Positions 32,554 to 45,220 of a stretch of DNA of 64,000 nucleotides are shown one piece after another; the first letter of the stretch is position 1, and each line of letters starts with the position of its first letter. Made by a program: the position numbers and the translations under genes. A model generated the notes under the pieces. That model was given only the letters and a program-made list of their open reading frames with translations. It was not told where the DNA came from and did no database searches. The stretch lies in assembly GCA_963722025.1 (NCBI GenBank), contig CAVRNE010000091.1, positions 13,406-77,405 of the forward strand, given 5' to 3'. This DNA is from an uncultured beta proteobacterium. GTDB taxonomy: Bacteria > Pseudomonadota > Gammaproteobacteria > Burkholderiales > Burkholderiaceae_C.

Positions 32554-33198
32554 GTGGACAAAGACAATCGTCGATGGTTGGAAGCGTCGGAGGTCATTCC
32601 GATGTTTCCCAGCCTGGTCTGGAAGTCCCGGATCGAGTCGGGCTTGCGTGACGCCATGTGCGCAGGGATATTGAAGGCGCTGGCGGACATGAGGTGTGAC
32701 GCCCCGCCGCTCGAACCCGGCCAAGGTTGGCAATCGGCACAGGATCTCCATGAACACGAGGCGATGCGCGACCTCGTTTCGTGCATCGAACACTGTGCGG
32801 CGGGCGTCCTGCGATTCCTGCGGATCGGCACCAGGGAATTGGAGATCACAGGCTGCTGGGCCACCGTTCTGGCGCCGCGGGCATCCCACAAGCTACACAG
32901 CCACCCCAACAATTTTCTGAGTGGCGTCTACTACGTTCGCACGGGCGAAGGCGCCGACACCATCAATTTCCACGATCCCCGCAGGCAGGCCAGTGTCATC
33001 CGGCCGCCAGTTGTCGAACTCACGGCGCAGAACACGGATCAAGTCGTGGTTCGCGTGAACGATGGCACGCTGCTCTTGTTCCCTTCCTACCTGGAGCACT
33101 CCGTCGATGCCAACAGGAGCGATGGCGAGAGAATCAGCATCAGCTTCAATCTGATGTTCTCCTCGTTCGCGCAGCAGCTCAGCAAGCCGCTGTGGTAG
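32554..33198 (+). CDS. putative 2OG-Fe(II) oxygenase (TIGR02466-like); start uncertain
   Basis: H.HPN..LSGVYYV, LFPSYLEHSV, RISISFN. Confidence 0.85.
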   Translation: MDKDNRRWLEASEVIPMFPSLVWKSRIESGLRDAMCAGILKALADMRCDAPPLEPGQGWQSAQDLHEHEAMRDLVSCIEHCAAGVLRFLRIGTRELEITGCWATVLAPRASHKLHSHPNNFLSGVYYVRTGEGADTINFHDPRRQASVIRPPVVELTAQNTDQVVVRVNDGTLLLFPSYLEHSVDANRSDGERISISFNLMFSSFAQQLSKPLW

Positions 33199-33257
33199 TA
33201 GGTCCAATGACCGCAATAGGGCTACACTCGAAGCGCGACGACCCCCGGGAGAACGCC

Positions 33258-33575
33258 ATGCCCGACATCGACCCTGAAAGCACCTTTCGCGGGCTTCCCT
33301 TGACCGCGGAGCAAGACGCGGAAGTCAGGCACTACATCAAGAAGAAAATGCAGCATGGCCAGCCGTGGGACACACCCGAGCTGGCGGCCATGCTTCAAGA
33401 CATGCTGGAGCCCCCAGGTGACGACGAAGAAGAACTCGACGACGCCGCTTCCGAAATGAAAGCGGCCGCAGAACGCGCGGCCGCTTCCATCGACGAGGAC
33501 ATCGAGCCCATCGAGGCCAGTGAGGAGCGGAATGCGGCCATGGAATCCGAGATCATGAAGGGGCCCAAGCTTTGA
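33258..33575 (+). CDS. acidic hypothetical protein
   Basis: RBS GGAG; 105-aa ORF with host-like codon usage. Confidence 0.6.
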   Translation: MPDIDPESTFRGLPLTAEQDAEVRHYIKKKMQHGQPWDTPELAAMLQDMLEPPGDDEEELDDAASEMKAAAERAAASIDEDIEPIEASEERNAAMESEIMKGPKL

Positions 33576-33598
33576 ATCGCCGGACGGCGAGGGCGTGC

Positions 33599-34411
33599 TC
33601 AGCGTTTGCCGGCGGTGATCACCAATGCAGGCATGGCGAATGCAACCAGGCCGCTGCCGTCAACGAACGGCCTGAACACGCTCTGCGCCTCGCGCCGCAG
33701 TTGCTCGAACTGCGCGTCGTCGAGCAGGCCGCCGAGCGTCCACACGCAGGCGCGCTCGGTCGACACCAGGGCGTCGATCGATTTGAAGCGCACGGTGCCC
33801 TGGTGCTGCGCGACGCTGGCGTCCGCAATGCCCGCGTCGGCGCACAGCGCGCGCAGGGCGCGCACATCACCGAGCACGAACGGCGCGCGGAACGCGTTCG
33901 CAACCCGCGTACCGAACAGCCGCTCGAGCAGTGCGGCCAGGGCGGCGTAGCCGGGCGAGTGCGCGAGCGCATCGCACACTGCCACAGCCAGCCGGCCGCC
34001 CGGCCGCAGGACTCGCCGCATCTCGCGCAATGCGGCCACGCGATCGTCGAAGAACATCAGGCCGAACTGGCTCACGACTGCGTCGAAGCTCGCGTCGGCG
34101 AATGGCAACGATTCGGCACGGCCGTCGCGCCATTCGACCGGGGCCTGTTTGCGCCGCGCCACCGCCAGCATCTCGGGATTGGCGTCGAGTCCCGTGACGG
34201 CGCCGCCCGGAGCGACGCGTTCGGCCACCGCTAGCGTCAGCGCGCCGGTTCCGCATGCCACGTCGAGTACGCGCTAGCCGGGCCTGATGCCGGCCGCATC
34301 GCACATCACGGGGCCCCAGTGCCTGAACAGCGCCGGCACGAACTGTTCGTCGTAGACCTCGGCCGGCGAACGCGCCGCCGTGGCTGATTGCGAAGTGAGA
34401 GTCTCGCTCAT
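33599..34411 (-). pseudogene. class I SAM-dependent methyltransferase interrupted by an in-frame TAG at 34274-34276
   Basis: YDEQFVPALF...GIRPG*RVLDVACGTG...FDAVVSQFGLMFF in a single frame. Confidence 0.8.
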
Positions 34412-34458
34412 GTTGTCTCTCCATCGAGGCCATTGATGCGAGTAGTATGGCCGGCGCC

Positions 34459-35493
34459 ATGAACGAGAGCCAGATCCAAGCGTCCGGATCATTTGCCTTG
34501 CCGTCCGGTGTCGATGTGCTGTCCGACGTGCTGCGCTCGGTGCGGCTGACGGGCTCCATGCTGTTTCTCGTGAACGCGTATCCGCCCTGGATGTCGTGGG
34601 CGCCGAAGACGGAGGCGTTTCGCCGCGTCGTACTGCCCACCGCGCAGCACCTGATTTCGTACCACATCCTCACGCAAGGCTGCTGCTGGGCTGGGCTGCG
34701 CGACGTGCCGCCCGAACGGTTCGAGGCCGGCGACGTGCTGGTCGTGCCCCAGGGCGACGCGTACTTCCTGGCCGACCGCCCGCATCGCAGGCCGCTTACG
34801 GGCCCGAGGAGGCGGTGGCATTCCTGCGCGGCATGGCCGCCGGTGAACTGCCGTCGGTCGTGAGCGAAGGCGCGGGCGGGGGTGGCGGCGATCCGACGCA
34901 GTTCATCTGCGGCTTCCTCGGCTGTGACCGCGCGCCGTTGAACCCGGTCCTCGATGCGCTGCCGCCGATGATCCATTTGCGAGCCGCCAGCCAGGGCGCC
35001 GGGCGCATGCGCCACCTGATCGAATTCGCCTTGTGCGAGCTGCGCGAGCCCTCGTCAGGCTCGCAGGGCGTGCTGCTGCGACTGGCCGAGCTGATGTTCG
35101 TCGAAGTCGTGCGGCTTCACCTCGAGACGATGGCCGACGCGCAGACGGGTTGGCTCGCCGGATTGCACGATCCGCTTGTGGCGCGCACCCTGTCGCTGCT
35201 GCATGGGGCACCGCAACGGCAACTGGACGCTTGCGTCGCTCGCGGAGCAGGCCGGCTCGTCGCGAACAGTGCTCGCTGAGCGCTTTGCGCGCTTTGTCGG
35301 GCAACCGCCGATGCACTATCTCACGCAGTGGCGAATGCAACGGGCGATACGGCTGCTGGCCGAACCCGGCGCGAGAAAGGTCGCCGCGGTCGCCGAGGCG
35401 GTCGGGTATGGCTCGGAAGCGGCGTTCAGTCGCGCCTTCAAGAAATGTGTCGGCGTTACGCCGGCCGAGTGGCGGCAGCGTGCAGCGGGCTGA
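34459..35493 (+). CDS. AraC family regulator with cupin domain (2 frameshifts), divergent from the methyltransferase
   Basis: DVLSDVLRSVRL, GWLAGLHDP, YLTQWRM, VGYGSEAAFSRAFKK. Confidence 0.88.
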
Positions 35494-35827
35494 CTCCCTC
35501 GCCCAGGCATTTGCCGCGTGCGCTTTGGATCGCCTTGCTGTGTTTTCGCCGCAAGGCGGCCAACGCTGCTGTCTTGGGTTCGGGTGGTATGGGCTTGGCG
35601 AGCGCCAGCAACAACTGGGCGTGGCGCATGACCACCTCCACCCAGTCGGCGGAAAGGCGCGGCAACGCTACCATGAGCTTGCGGAGGTGGTCGAGCTCGG
35701 CATTGACCGCGCGGCAGCGATCGCGATCGAACCAGGAGCCGAGCAACTCATCCCAACTCGCCTGGTAGCGCTCCAGCGCCGCTGCCACGAGGATTTCGGT
35801 TGCATCGGTTGTGTATGTGTACGACAT
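35456..35827 (-). CDS. hypothetical helical protein
   Basis: 123-aa ORF filling the gap; amphipathic pattern. Confidence 0.55.
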   Translation of the reverse strand: MSYTYTTDATEILVAAALERYQASWDELLGSWFDRDRCRAVNAELDHLRKLMVALPRLSADWVEVVMRHAQLLLALAKPIPPEPKTAALAALRRKHSKAIQSARGKCLGEGVSPLHAAATRPA

Positions 35828-35954
35828 GCGCGAACTGTAAGCGTCAACGACAAACGATCGATCTCATCAACAAGACGTTACGTTCGCCTCAAGCCGAGTT
35901 CGGGGCGCTCCGCGCGTAGCGCGCGCATACTGCGAAACCCCGGAGAAGCTCGAG

Positions 35955-36548
35955 ATGCGGATGCCTGTCCAGATGTCCCAGCCGCAGTTCGCCGCCGACG
36001 CCATGCTCGGCCGCCTGGCCCGCTGGCTGCGAATGCTTGGCTTCGATACCACCTACAACCCCGTGCTTTCCGATCTCGACCTGGTGCGGCTGGCCGACGA
36101 CGAAGGGCGGATACTGCTCACTCGCGACCGGCACCTGTTGCGGGATCTGCGTCCCGAACTCGCCCACGAAGTCCGCCAGGACGAACCCCTGGAGCAACTG
36201 CGGGAACTGGTCGCCGCGCTTGATCTGCCGGCTCCGGCCGAGCTTTTCACCCGCTGCATGCTTTGCAACGCCGTGCTGCCGCCGCCGCTCGAAGAGGAAG
36301 CGGCGGCACAGCTGCTGCCGCCTGCAGTGCGCGGAATCCCGGGGCCGGTGCGGTGCTGCCTTGCATGCGACAGGGTGTACTGGCATGGATCGCATGTGCG
36401 GCGCATGCGCGAGACGCTGGAGCGCGCGGTACCCGGTTGGCTCAACCCTGAAATGCCCATGAGCCATGAGAGATCGCGGGTCATATCTCGGCAGCCAGCC
36501 GAAACTCCGCCGGACTGGCCCCGGTCCACTGGCGGAACGCGCGAATGA
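35955..36548 (+). CDS. Mut7-C RNase domain protein (true stop may be near 36451)
   Basis: DAMLGRLARWLRMLGFD, LLTRD, RC..CN, C..C.RVYW.GSH. Confidence 0.88.
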   Translation: MRMPVQMSQPQFAADAMLGRLARWLRMLGFDTTYNPVLSDLDLVRLADDEGRILLTRDRHLLRDLRPELAHEVRQDEPLEQLRELVAALDLPAPAELFTRCMLCNAVLPPPLEEEAAAQLLPPAVRGIPGPVRCCLACDRVYWHGSHVRRMRETLERAVPGWLNPEMPMSHERSRVISRQPAETPPDWPRSTGGTRE

Positions 36549-37530
36549 AACTCTTCTCGTTCCGAAAGCCCACCGCCGCGGCCACCTGCTTCACCGGCTT
36601 GCCGCTGCGATAGAGCAATTCCTTCGCCCGCTCGCATCGCACCGCGTCCTTCAACTCCTGCAGGCTGGCGCCTTCCTCCTTCAGCTGACGGTGCAGCGTG
36701 CGCGCCGACATATGCAGCAGATGGGCAACGCCGTCCGCGCTGTGCGTTTGCTCCGGATGCGCCGTCAGAGCCTGCCGCACCTGCTGCACCAGCAGCCGAT
36801 CGCGCCGGTATTGCAGCACGGTGAGCGGCAGTGCGCGCTGCAGCATCTGCTTGAGCGCCTTCTCGTCGCGGCGCAGGGGCAGGGCCAGGTAGCGGGCGTC
36901 GAAGCGGATGGTGGCCTGCGCGGCATCGAAGCTCAGCGGGCCGGGAAACATGTGGCGGTACGCGTCGGCGTGCATTGGTGCCGGGAACGGGAAGCTCGCG
37001 CCTTGCAGCGGTATGCGTGAATCGATGTACCAGCAGGCCAGGCCGTGGATATTGCGCAGCACGTGCACCAGGCAGAACTCGCGCGCGGCCTGGCCCAGCC
37101 GGCGCAGGTGGGCGCGCTCGTCGATGACGATGGCGGCGCCCGTGCCGTTTTCCACCAGTTCCAGGCGGATGTCGTCGGTGAGCAGCGCGTGGTGCCGGCA
37201 CCAGCGCTTGAGCGCCATGCCCAGGTCCGGCGAGGTCAGCGATGCGCGGGCCAGCATGCCGTAGCTGCCCCAGGGGAGCTTGCGCGAGAACGCGGCCAGG
37301 CCTTCATCGTCCAGCTCTTGCATGGCCGCGCCGGAGAGCAGTTCCATCTGCTGGGCAGTAATGCGGCCGTCGGGCCGCTGCAGTCTGGATGGCGTGATCT
37401 GTGCCAGCTTCAGGGCCTGTGCCGGGTCTTGGCCGTGGCGCTGGTAGGCGCCCACGATGGTTCTAGCGAAAGCCATCGGCGTGACGGCGGGGGTCTGGCG
37501 GGCCGGTGAACGCGGGGCACGGATGGGCAT
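36481..37530 (-). CDS. AraC family regulator, divergent from liuB
   Basis: [29 protein letters not shown]. Confidence 0.9.
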   Translation of the reverse strand: MPIRAPRSPARQTPAVTPMAFARTIVGAYQRHGQDPAQALKLAQITPSRLQRPDGRITAQQMELLSGAAMQELDDEGLAAFSRKLPWGSYGMLARASLTSPDLGMALKRWCRHHALLTDDIRLELVENGTGAAIVIDERAHLRRLGQAAREFCLVHVLRNIHGLACWYIDSRIPLQGASFPFPAPMHADAYRHMFPGPLSFDAAQATIRFDARYLALPLRRDEKALKQMLQRALPLTVLQYRRDRLLVQQVRQALTAHPEQTHSADGVAHLLHMSARTLHRQLKEEGASLQELKDAVRCERAKELLYRSGKPVKQVAAAVGFRNEKSFIRAFRQWTGASPAEFRLAAEI

Positions 37531-37640
37531 GGATGAAGTCTGGCGCATCGTGGCAGGATTTGCAACCTTCGTGGCTGCGGCTGGGCGCCGCAAAAAGGGC
37601 CGGCGCGCTAGGATGCCCTGAACCCAAGCGAGAACACGAC

Positions 37641-39250
37641 ATGCCCGCCCTGGAGACACAACTCAATCCCCGGTCCGCCGACTTCCAGGCCAACGCCGCC
37701 GCCATGCGCGCGCTGGTGGATGACCTGAACGCCCAGATCGCCAAGGCCGCGGCCGGCGGGGGCGAAACCGCCCGGGCCCGCCACGTGGCGCGCGGCAAGC
37801 TGCTGCCTCGCGATCGGGTGCAGATGCTGCTGGACCCGGGCACGCCGTTCCTGGAACTGGCGCCGCTGGCCGCGCATGGCATGTACAACGGCGATGCCCC
37901 CTGCTCCGGCGTGATTGCCGGCATCGGCCGCGTCAGCGGCATCGATTGCGTGATCGTCTGCAACGACGCCACGGTGAAGGGCGGCACCTACTACCCGATG
38001 ACGGTGAAGAAGCACCTGCGGGCGCAGGAAGTGGCGCAGCAGAACCGCCTGCCCTGCATCTACCTGGTCGACTCGGGCGGCGCCAACCTGCCGAACCAGG
38101 ACGAAGTGTTTCCGGATCGCGACCATTTCGGCCGCATCTTCTACAACCAGGCCAACCTCAGCGCGCAAGGCATCGCCCAGATCGCCGTCGTGATGGGTTC
38201 GTGCACGGCCGGCGGCGCCTACGTGCCGGCCATGAGCGACGAAACCATCATCGTCAAGAACCAGGGCACGATTTTCCTGGGCGGGCCGCCGCTGGTGAAG
38301 GCCGCCACCGGCGAAGTGGTGACGGCCGAAGACCTGGGCGGCGGCGACGTGCACACGCGCCTGTCGGGCGTGGCCGATCACCTGGCGCAAAACGACATGC
38401 ACGCGCTGGCGCTGGCACGTCAGGCCGTGGCCACACTGAACCGCGGCAAGGACGTGGCGGTGCAGTTGCGCGAGCCGAAGCCGCCCAAGTACGACACCAG
38501 CGAACTGCACGGCGTGGTGCCGACCGACACGCGCAAGCCCTACGATGTGCGGGAGATCATCGCCCGCATCGTCGACGGCTCCGAGTTCCACGAGTTCAAG
38601 CAGCGATTCGGCATCACCCTGATCTGCGGCTTCGCCCACATCGAAGGCATGCCGGTGGGCATCATCGCCAACAACGGCATCCTGTTCAGCGAATCGCGCG
38701 CAGAAGGGCGCCCACTTCATCGAGCTGTGCTGCCAGCGCAAGGTGCCGCTGATCTTCCTGCAGAACATCACCGGCTTCATGGTCGGCCGCAAGTACGAGA
38801 GCGAAGGCATCGCCCGCCACGGCGCCAAGATGGTGACGGCGGTGGCCACGGCCACGCGTGCCCAAGTTCACGGTGATCATCGGCGGCAGCTACGGCGCCG
38901 GCAACTACGGCATGTGCGGCCGCGCCTATTCTCCGCGCTTCCTGTGGATGTGGCCCAACGCGCGCATCTGCGTGATGGGCGGCGAGCAGGCTTCATCCGT
39001 GCTGGCCACCGTGCGGCGCGATGCCATCGAGGCCAAGGGCGGCAACTGGAGCGCGGAGGAAGAAGCGGCTTTCAAGCAGCCGCTGCTCGACCAGTTTGCC
39101 GAGCAGTCGCACCCCTACTATTCCAGCGCGCGGCTGTGGGACGACGGCGTGATCGACCCCGCCGACACGCGCCGCGTGCTGGCGCTGGGCTTGTCGGCGT
39201 CGCTCAATGCGCCGATCCCCGAGCCGAAGTTCGGTGTGTTCCGGATGTGA
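37641..39250 (+). CDS. liuB: 3-methylcrotonyl-CoA carboxylase beta subunit (2 frameshifts)
   Basis: [47 protein letters not shown]. Confidence 0.94.
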
Positions 39251-39305
39251 GTCATGGGTCTCCACGTATGTTCGTTCTCTGACGGGGCAAATGCGAAGGC
39301 ACGCG

Positions 39306-39546
39306 GCAAAGTCGTGTCCGGGCAGGCCGCGGCGCATCGACAAGGCGGTTGGTGCTTTCGCACCGACTCCCCTGGGTTTGCTCGATTTCGTGGCCCGTCG
39401 CACAACTCACTTCGCGCCCTAAGGCCGCTCCGTTCAAACAGGTGCGACGAGTCAGTTTACGAAGCGCGCAAGCGCGCGGCCACGAAATCGAGCAAACCCA
39501 GGCGCCTCGCAACGATGCGCCGCGGCGTGCCCGGACACGACTTTGC
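39306..39546. repeat. nested long inverted-repeat element (structured repeat, MITE-like or ncRNA)
   Basis: 33/34-bp outer stem and 25/25-bp inner stem plus small hairpins. Confidence 0.8.
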
Positions 39547-39653
39547 AGAGACGGTTGGACGTCGCTCACACGCCCATGAGTCCCACGTCTGCCGGGTCGA
39601 CCCGCCTGCCGCGACGACGAGGATCACCGCAACTTCGGAAGGCAGCTTAAAGC

Positions 39654-40793
39654 ATGTCCAACCAATCCATCTACGACAACCCCGACCACGAGCTGTTGCG
39701 CGACCAGGTCGCGAAGTTCATCGCCCGCGAGGTCGAGCCGCACGCCGCCGCCTGGGAAGAGCAGGGCTTCGTGCCGCGCGAGGTGCTGCGCCGCATGGGC
39801 CAGGCCGGCCTGTTCGGATTGATGTACGAGAGCGCGTACGGCGGCGCCGAAGCCGACGCGCTCACCAACCTGGTGTTCGCCGAGGCGCTGTCGCAATCCA
39901 CCTTCGCCGGTTTCATCATCACCGTGCTGGTCCACACCGACATGGCCAGCCCGCACCTGCATCACGCGGGAAATGCTGCGCAGAAAGACAAGTACCTGCG
40001 CCGCGTGATCGCCGGCGAGCTGATCACGGCGGTGGGCATCACCGAGCCCGGCGCGGGCTCCGACGTGGCGGGCATTCGAACGACCGCCAGGCGCGAGGGC
40101 AATGAATGGGTGCTCAACGGCACCAAGATGTTCATCACCAACGGCGTCCACGCCGACCTGTATTTCATCGCGGCCAAGTCCGGCGCCGGCAAGCGCGACA
40201 TCTCCATGTTCATCGTGGAGAAGGGCACGCCGGGCTTTTCCGTGGGGCGCGCGCTCAAGAAGACCGGCTGGCTGTCGTCGGATACCGCCGAGCTCATCCT
40301 CGACAACGTGCGCATTCCCGCCGGCAACCTGCTGGGCGAGGAGGGCAAGGGCTTCTATTCGGTGATGAAGAACTTCCAGACCGAACGCATCGCGCTGGCC
40401 GCGATGGCGGTGGGCCACTGCCAGCAGGCGCTCAGGCTCACGCTGGACTATGTGCGGCAGCGCCAGGCTTTCGGCGACGTGCTGTGGAGCCAGCAGACCA
40501 TCCGCCAGCGGATTTCGATGCTGGATGCCAAGACCCGTGCCGCGCGGCAATTCATGTATCACTGTGCCTGGCGCGTGACGCAGGGCCACGACATCGTGCA
40601 GGATGTGTCGATGTTGAAGGCGCTCACCGGCGAGCTCGTCAATGAAGTGGTCCAGACCTGCCAGCAGTTCCACGGCGGCATGGGCTACATCCGCGAAACC
40701 GCGATCGAGCGGCTATGGCGCGACGCACGGGTGCTGGCCATCGGCGGCGGCGCCACCGAAGTGATGCTGGAAGAAGTAGCCAAGCGCTATTGA
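39654..40793 (+). CDS. acyl-CoA dehydrogenase
   Basis: ITEPGAGSD, K.FITNG, HGGMGY, IGGGATEVM. Confidence 0.92.
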   Translation: MSNQSIYDNPDHELLRDQVAKFIAREVEPHAAAWEEQGFVPREVLRRMGQAGLFGLMYESAYGGAEADALTNLVFAEALSQSTFAGFIITVLVHTDMASPHLHHAGNAAQKDKYLRRVIAGELITAVGITEPGAGSDVAGIRTTARREGNEWVLNGTKMFITNGVHADLYFIAAKSGAGKRDISMFIVEKGTPGFSVGRALKKTGWLSSDTAELILDNVRIPAGNLLGEEGKGFYSVMKNFQTERIALAAMAVGHCQQALRLTLDYVRQRQAFGDVLWSQQTIRQRISMLDAKTRAARQFMYHCAWRVTQGHDIVQDVSMLKALTGELVNEVVQTCQQFHGGMGYIRETAIERLWRDARVLAIGGGATEVMLEEVAKRY

Positions 40794-40802
40794 AGGGATC
40801 TC

Positions 40803-41583
40803 ATGAAACACCTTGAACTGCGGTTCGAATCCGGCGTTGCCACCGTCACGCTCAATCGCCCGGAAGTGCGCAATGCCTTCAGCGACGAGGTCATCACCGA
40901 GATGACGGCGGTCTTCCTGGAACTGGCGGAGCGCGAAGAGGTGCGCTGCATCGTGCTGGCCGCCAACGGCACGGCGTTCTGCGCCGGCGCCGACCTGAAC
41001 TGGATGAAGCGCATGGCGGACTACGACCGTCGCCGAAAACCTGGCCGACGCCGAGGGGCTGGCCCGGATGCTGCGCGTCATCTACGAATGCCCCAAGCCC
41101 ACCATCGCGCGCATCCAGGGCGACGTGTACGCGGGCGGCACCGGCCTGGTCGCGGCCTGCGACATCGCGGTGTCGGTGGACACGGCCAAGTACTGCCTGA
41201 GCGAAGTGCGGCTGGGGCTGATCCCCGCGACCATCAGCCCTTACGTGATCCGCGCCATGGGCCCGCGCGCCGCCCATCGCTACTTCCTCACCGCCGAGCC
41301 GTTCGACGCGGCCGAGGCCCTGCGCATCGGCTTCGTGCACGAGGTGGTCGGGGCGCAGGAACTCGACGCGAAAGTGGCCGGTATCGCGCAGACGCTGGTG
41401 AAGAACGGCCCGGCGGCCGTGAAGGCCTGCAAGCAGCTGCTGCAGGACGTGGCGGGCCGCAAGATTTCCACGGCGCTGATCACCATGACCGTCGAAGGCA
41501 TCGCCGACATCCGCGTCAGCGACGAAGGCCGCGAGGGCGTGCAGTCGTTCCTGGAGAAGCGCAAGCCTTCGTGGCTGCTGTAG
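40803..41583 (+). CDS. liuC: methylglutaconyl-CoA hydratase (enoyl-CoA hydratase family), frameshift near 41030
   Basis: LNRPEVRNAF, FCAGADL, SEVRLGLIPATISPYV. Confidence 0.88.
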
Positions 41584-41594
41584 GCCGACTCATC

Positions 41595-42230
41595 ATGGAC
41601 GCCTTGCACAACCTCGTCGATGCACCGCAGCTGCTGGCCCTGGCGGCCGCGCTCGGGTGGGCCAGCGGCATCAGGCTGTACGCGGCGGTGCTGCTGGCCG
41701 GCGCGGCGGGCTACATGGGATACATCGACCTGCCGCAGGGCTTGAAGGTGCTGCAGCACCCGGCCGTGCTGGCGGCCAGCGGCTTCATGTGCTTCGTTGA
41801 ATTCTTTGCCGACAAGATTCCGTTGGTGGATTCGCTGTGGGACACGGTCCATACGGTGATCCGCATCCCGGCGGGCGCGGCGCTGGCGGCGGGTGCCTTG
41901 GGCGCGGACAGCCAGGCCATGGCCTGGCTGGCTGCACTGCTGGGCGGCGGCCTGGCGGCCACGAGCCACACGGCCAAGATGACAACGCGGGCGGCAGTCA
42001 ATACTTCGCCGGAGCCCTTCTCCAATGTCGCGGTGTCCCTGTTCGAGGACGGGTTCGTCGTCTTCATGCTGTGGCTGTCGGCCACGCACCCGGTGATCTT
42101 CGCCGTCGCCTTGATCGTGACGCTGATCCTGGCTGTCGTCCTGGTGGTCGTGCTGATCAAGTTCCTGCGCGTTGCCTTGCGCAGGCTGAGCGATTTTTTC
42201 GCGGGCAGGCGCTCGCCCCAAGGAAGTTAG
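41595..42230 (+). CDS. DUF4126 family membrane protein
   Basis: [28 protein letters not shown]. Confidence 0.88.
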   Translation: MDALHNLVDAPQLLALAAALGWASGIRLYAAVLLAGAAGYMGYIDLPQGLKVLQHPAVLAASGFMCFVEFFADKIPLVDSLWDTVHTVIRIPAGAALAAGALGADSQAMAWLAALLGGGLAATSHTAKMTTRAAVNTSPEPFSNVAVSLFEDGFVVFMLWLSATHPVIFAVALIVTLILAVVLVVVLIKFLRVALRRLSDFFAGRRSPQGS

Positions 42231-42237
42231 GGCTCTC

Positions 42238-44227
<1,990 letters not shown>

Positions 44228-44260
44228 ACGTTGTCGGCCATGACTGCGGTCAGCCATGAC

Positions 44261-44281
44261 GCGGTCAAGCCCGCAATGACA
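44261..44281. repeat. degenerate GTCAT-family repeat end
   Basis: GCGGTCAAGCCCGCAATGACA matches the reverse complement of the 19720 left arm. Confidence 0.6.
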
Positions 44282-44294
44282 GCAAAATACATTC

Positions 44295-45216
44295 ATGCGC
44301 ATCACCGTCTGCCTGACCGAAACAAAACCGCGCCCTGGCTGCAAGGCCTGCGGGCGGCGCTGCCTCAGGCTGTCGTGCGAAGAGTGGACTCCCGGTGCGC
44401 CGCAAGCCGATCACGCCGTGGTCTGGGCGCCGCCGCAGCAGTTCCTGGACGAACAGTCACGACTCAAGGGCATCTTCAACATCGGCGCCGGTGTGGATGC
44501 GCTGATGAAGCTGAAGCTTCCGGCGGCCGCGAAGGTGGTGCGCATCGACGACGGCGGCATGGCGGTGCAGATGGCCGAGTTCGTGTGCCATGCGCTGATC
44601 CGGCATTTCCGCGAACTGGATTGCTACGAGGACGATGTCCGGCACGGCGCCTGGTCCTACCGCCGGCCGCGGCAGCCGGGCGGAGTATCCCGTGGGCATC
44701 ATGGGCCTGGGCGTGCTGGGCGAACGGGTGGCCCAGGCCGTGGCCCACTTCGAATTTCCGGTGCTGGGTTGGAGCCGCACGCCCAAGACCGTGCCGGGCG
44801 TGCAGTGCTTCGCGGGCCAGGGGCAGTTCGACGCTTTCTTGAGTGCAACGCGCGTACTGGTGTGCCTGCTGCCCCTGACGCCCGAAACCCAGAACATCAT
44901 GAACGCGCGCACCCTGTCGCGCCTGATGCCGGGCGGCTTCGTCATCAACGTGGCTCGCGGCGCGCATCTGGTGGACGAGGACCTGATCGCGTTGCTCGAC
45001 AGCGGCCACCTGGCCGGCGCCGCGCTGGACGTGTTCCGCACCGAGCCTCTGCCCGAGGGGCATCCGTTCTGGCGCCACCCCAAGATCACAGTCACGCCCC
45101 ACACTTCGGCCCGCACCCTGCGCGAGGAGAGCATCGCGCAGATCACGCGGAAGATCCTCGCCCTGGAGCGGGGAGAGCCCATCGCCGGTGTGGTTGACCC
45201 GCAAAGAGGATACTGA
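44295..45216 (+). CDS. ghrA: D-2-hydroxyacid dehydrogenase (glyoxylate/hydroxypyruvate reductase A-like), frameshifted
   Basis: GAGVD, GIMGLGVLG, LLPLTPET, INVARG, LDVF..EPLP, TPH. Confidence 0.85.
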
Positions 45217-45220
45217 TGCC

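Noticed and set aside
34274-34276. Pyrrolysine or stop-codon reassignment
   Set aside because: A single instance; TAG ends other genes here and no pyl machinery is visible
40803-42230. LiuC-DUF4126 fusion, and likewise LiuE read-through (45188-46363) and ACAD-YchJ (20333-21232) in the ORF track
   Set aside because: Produced by single frameshifts; each downstream gene has its own start
44237-44267. Short duplication GCCATGACTGCGGTCA / GCCATGACGCGGTCA
   Set aside because: Within a degenerate repeat in an error-prone stretch; may be a consensus artefact
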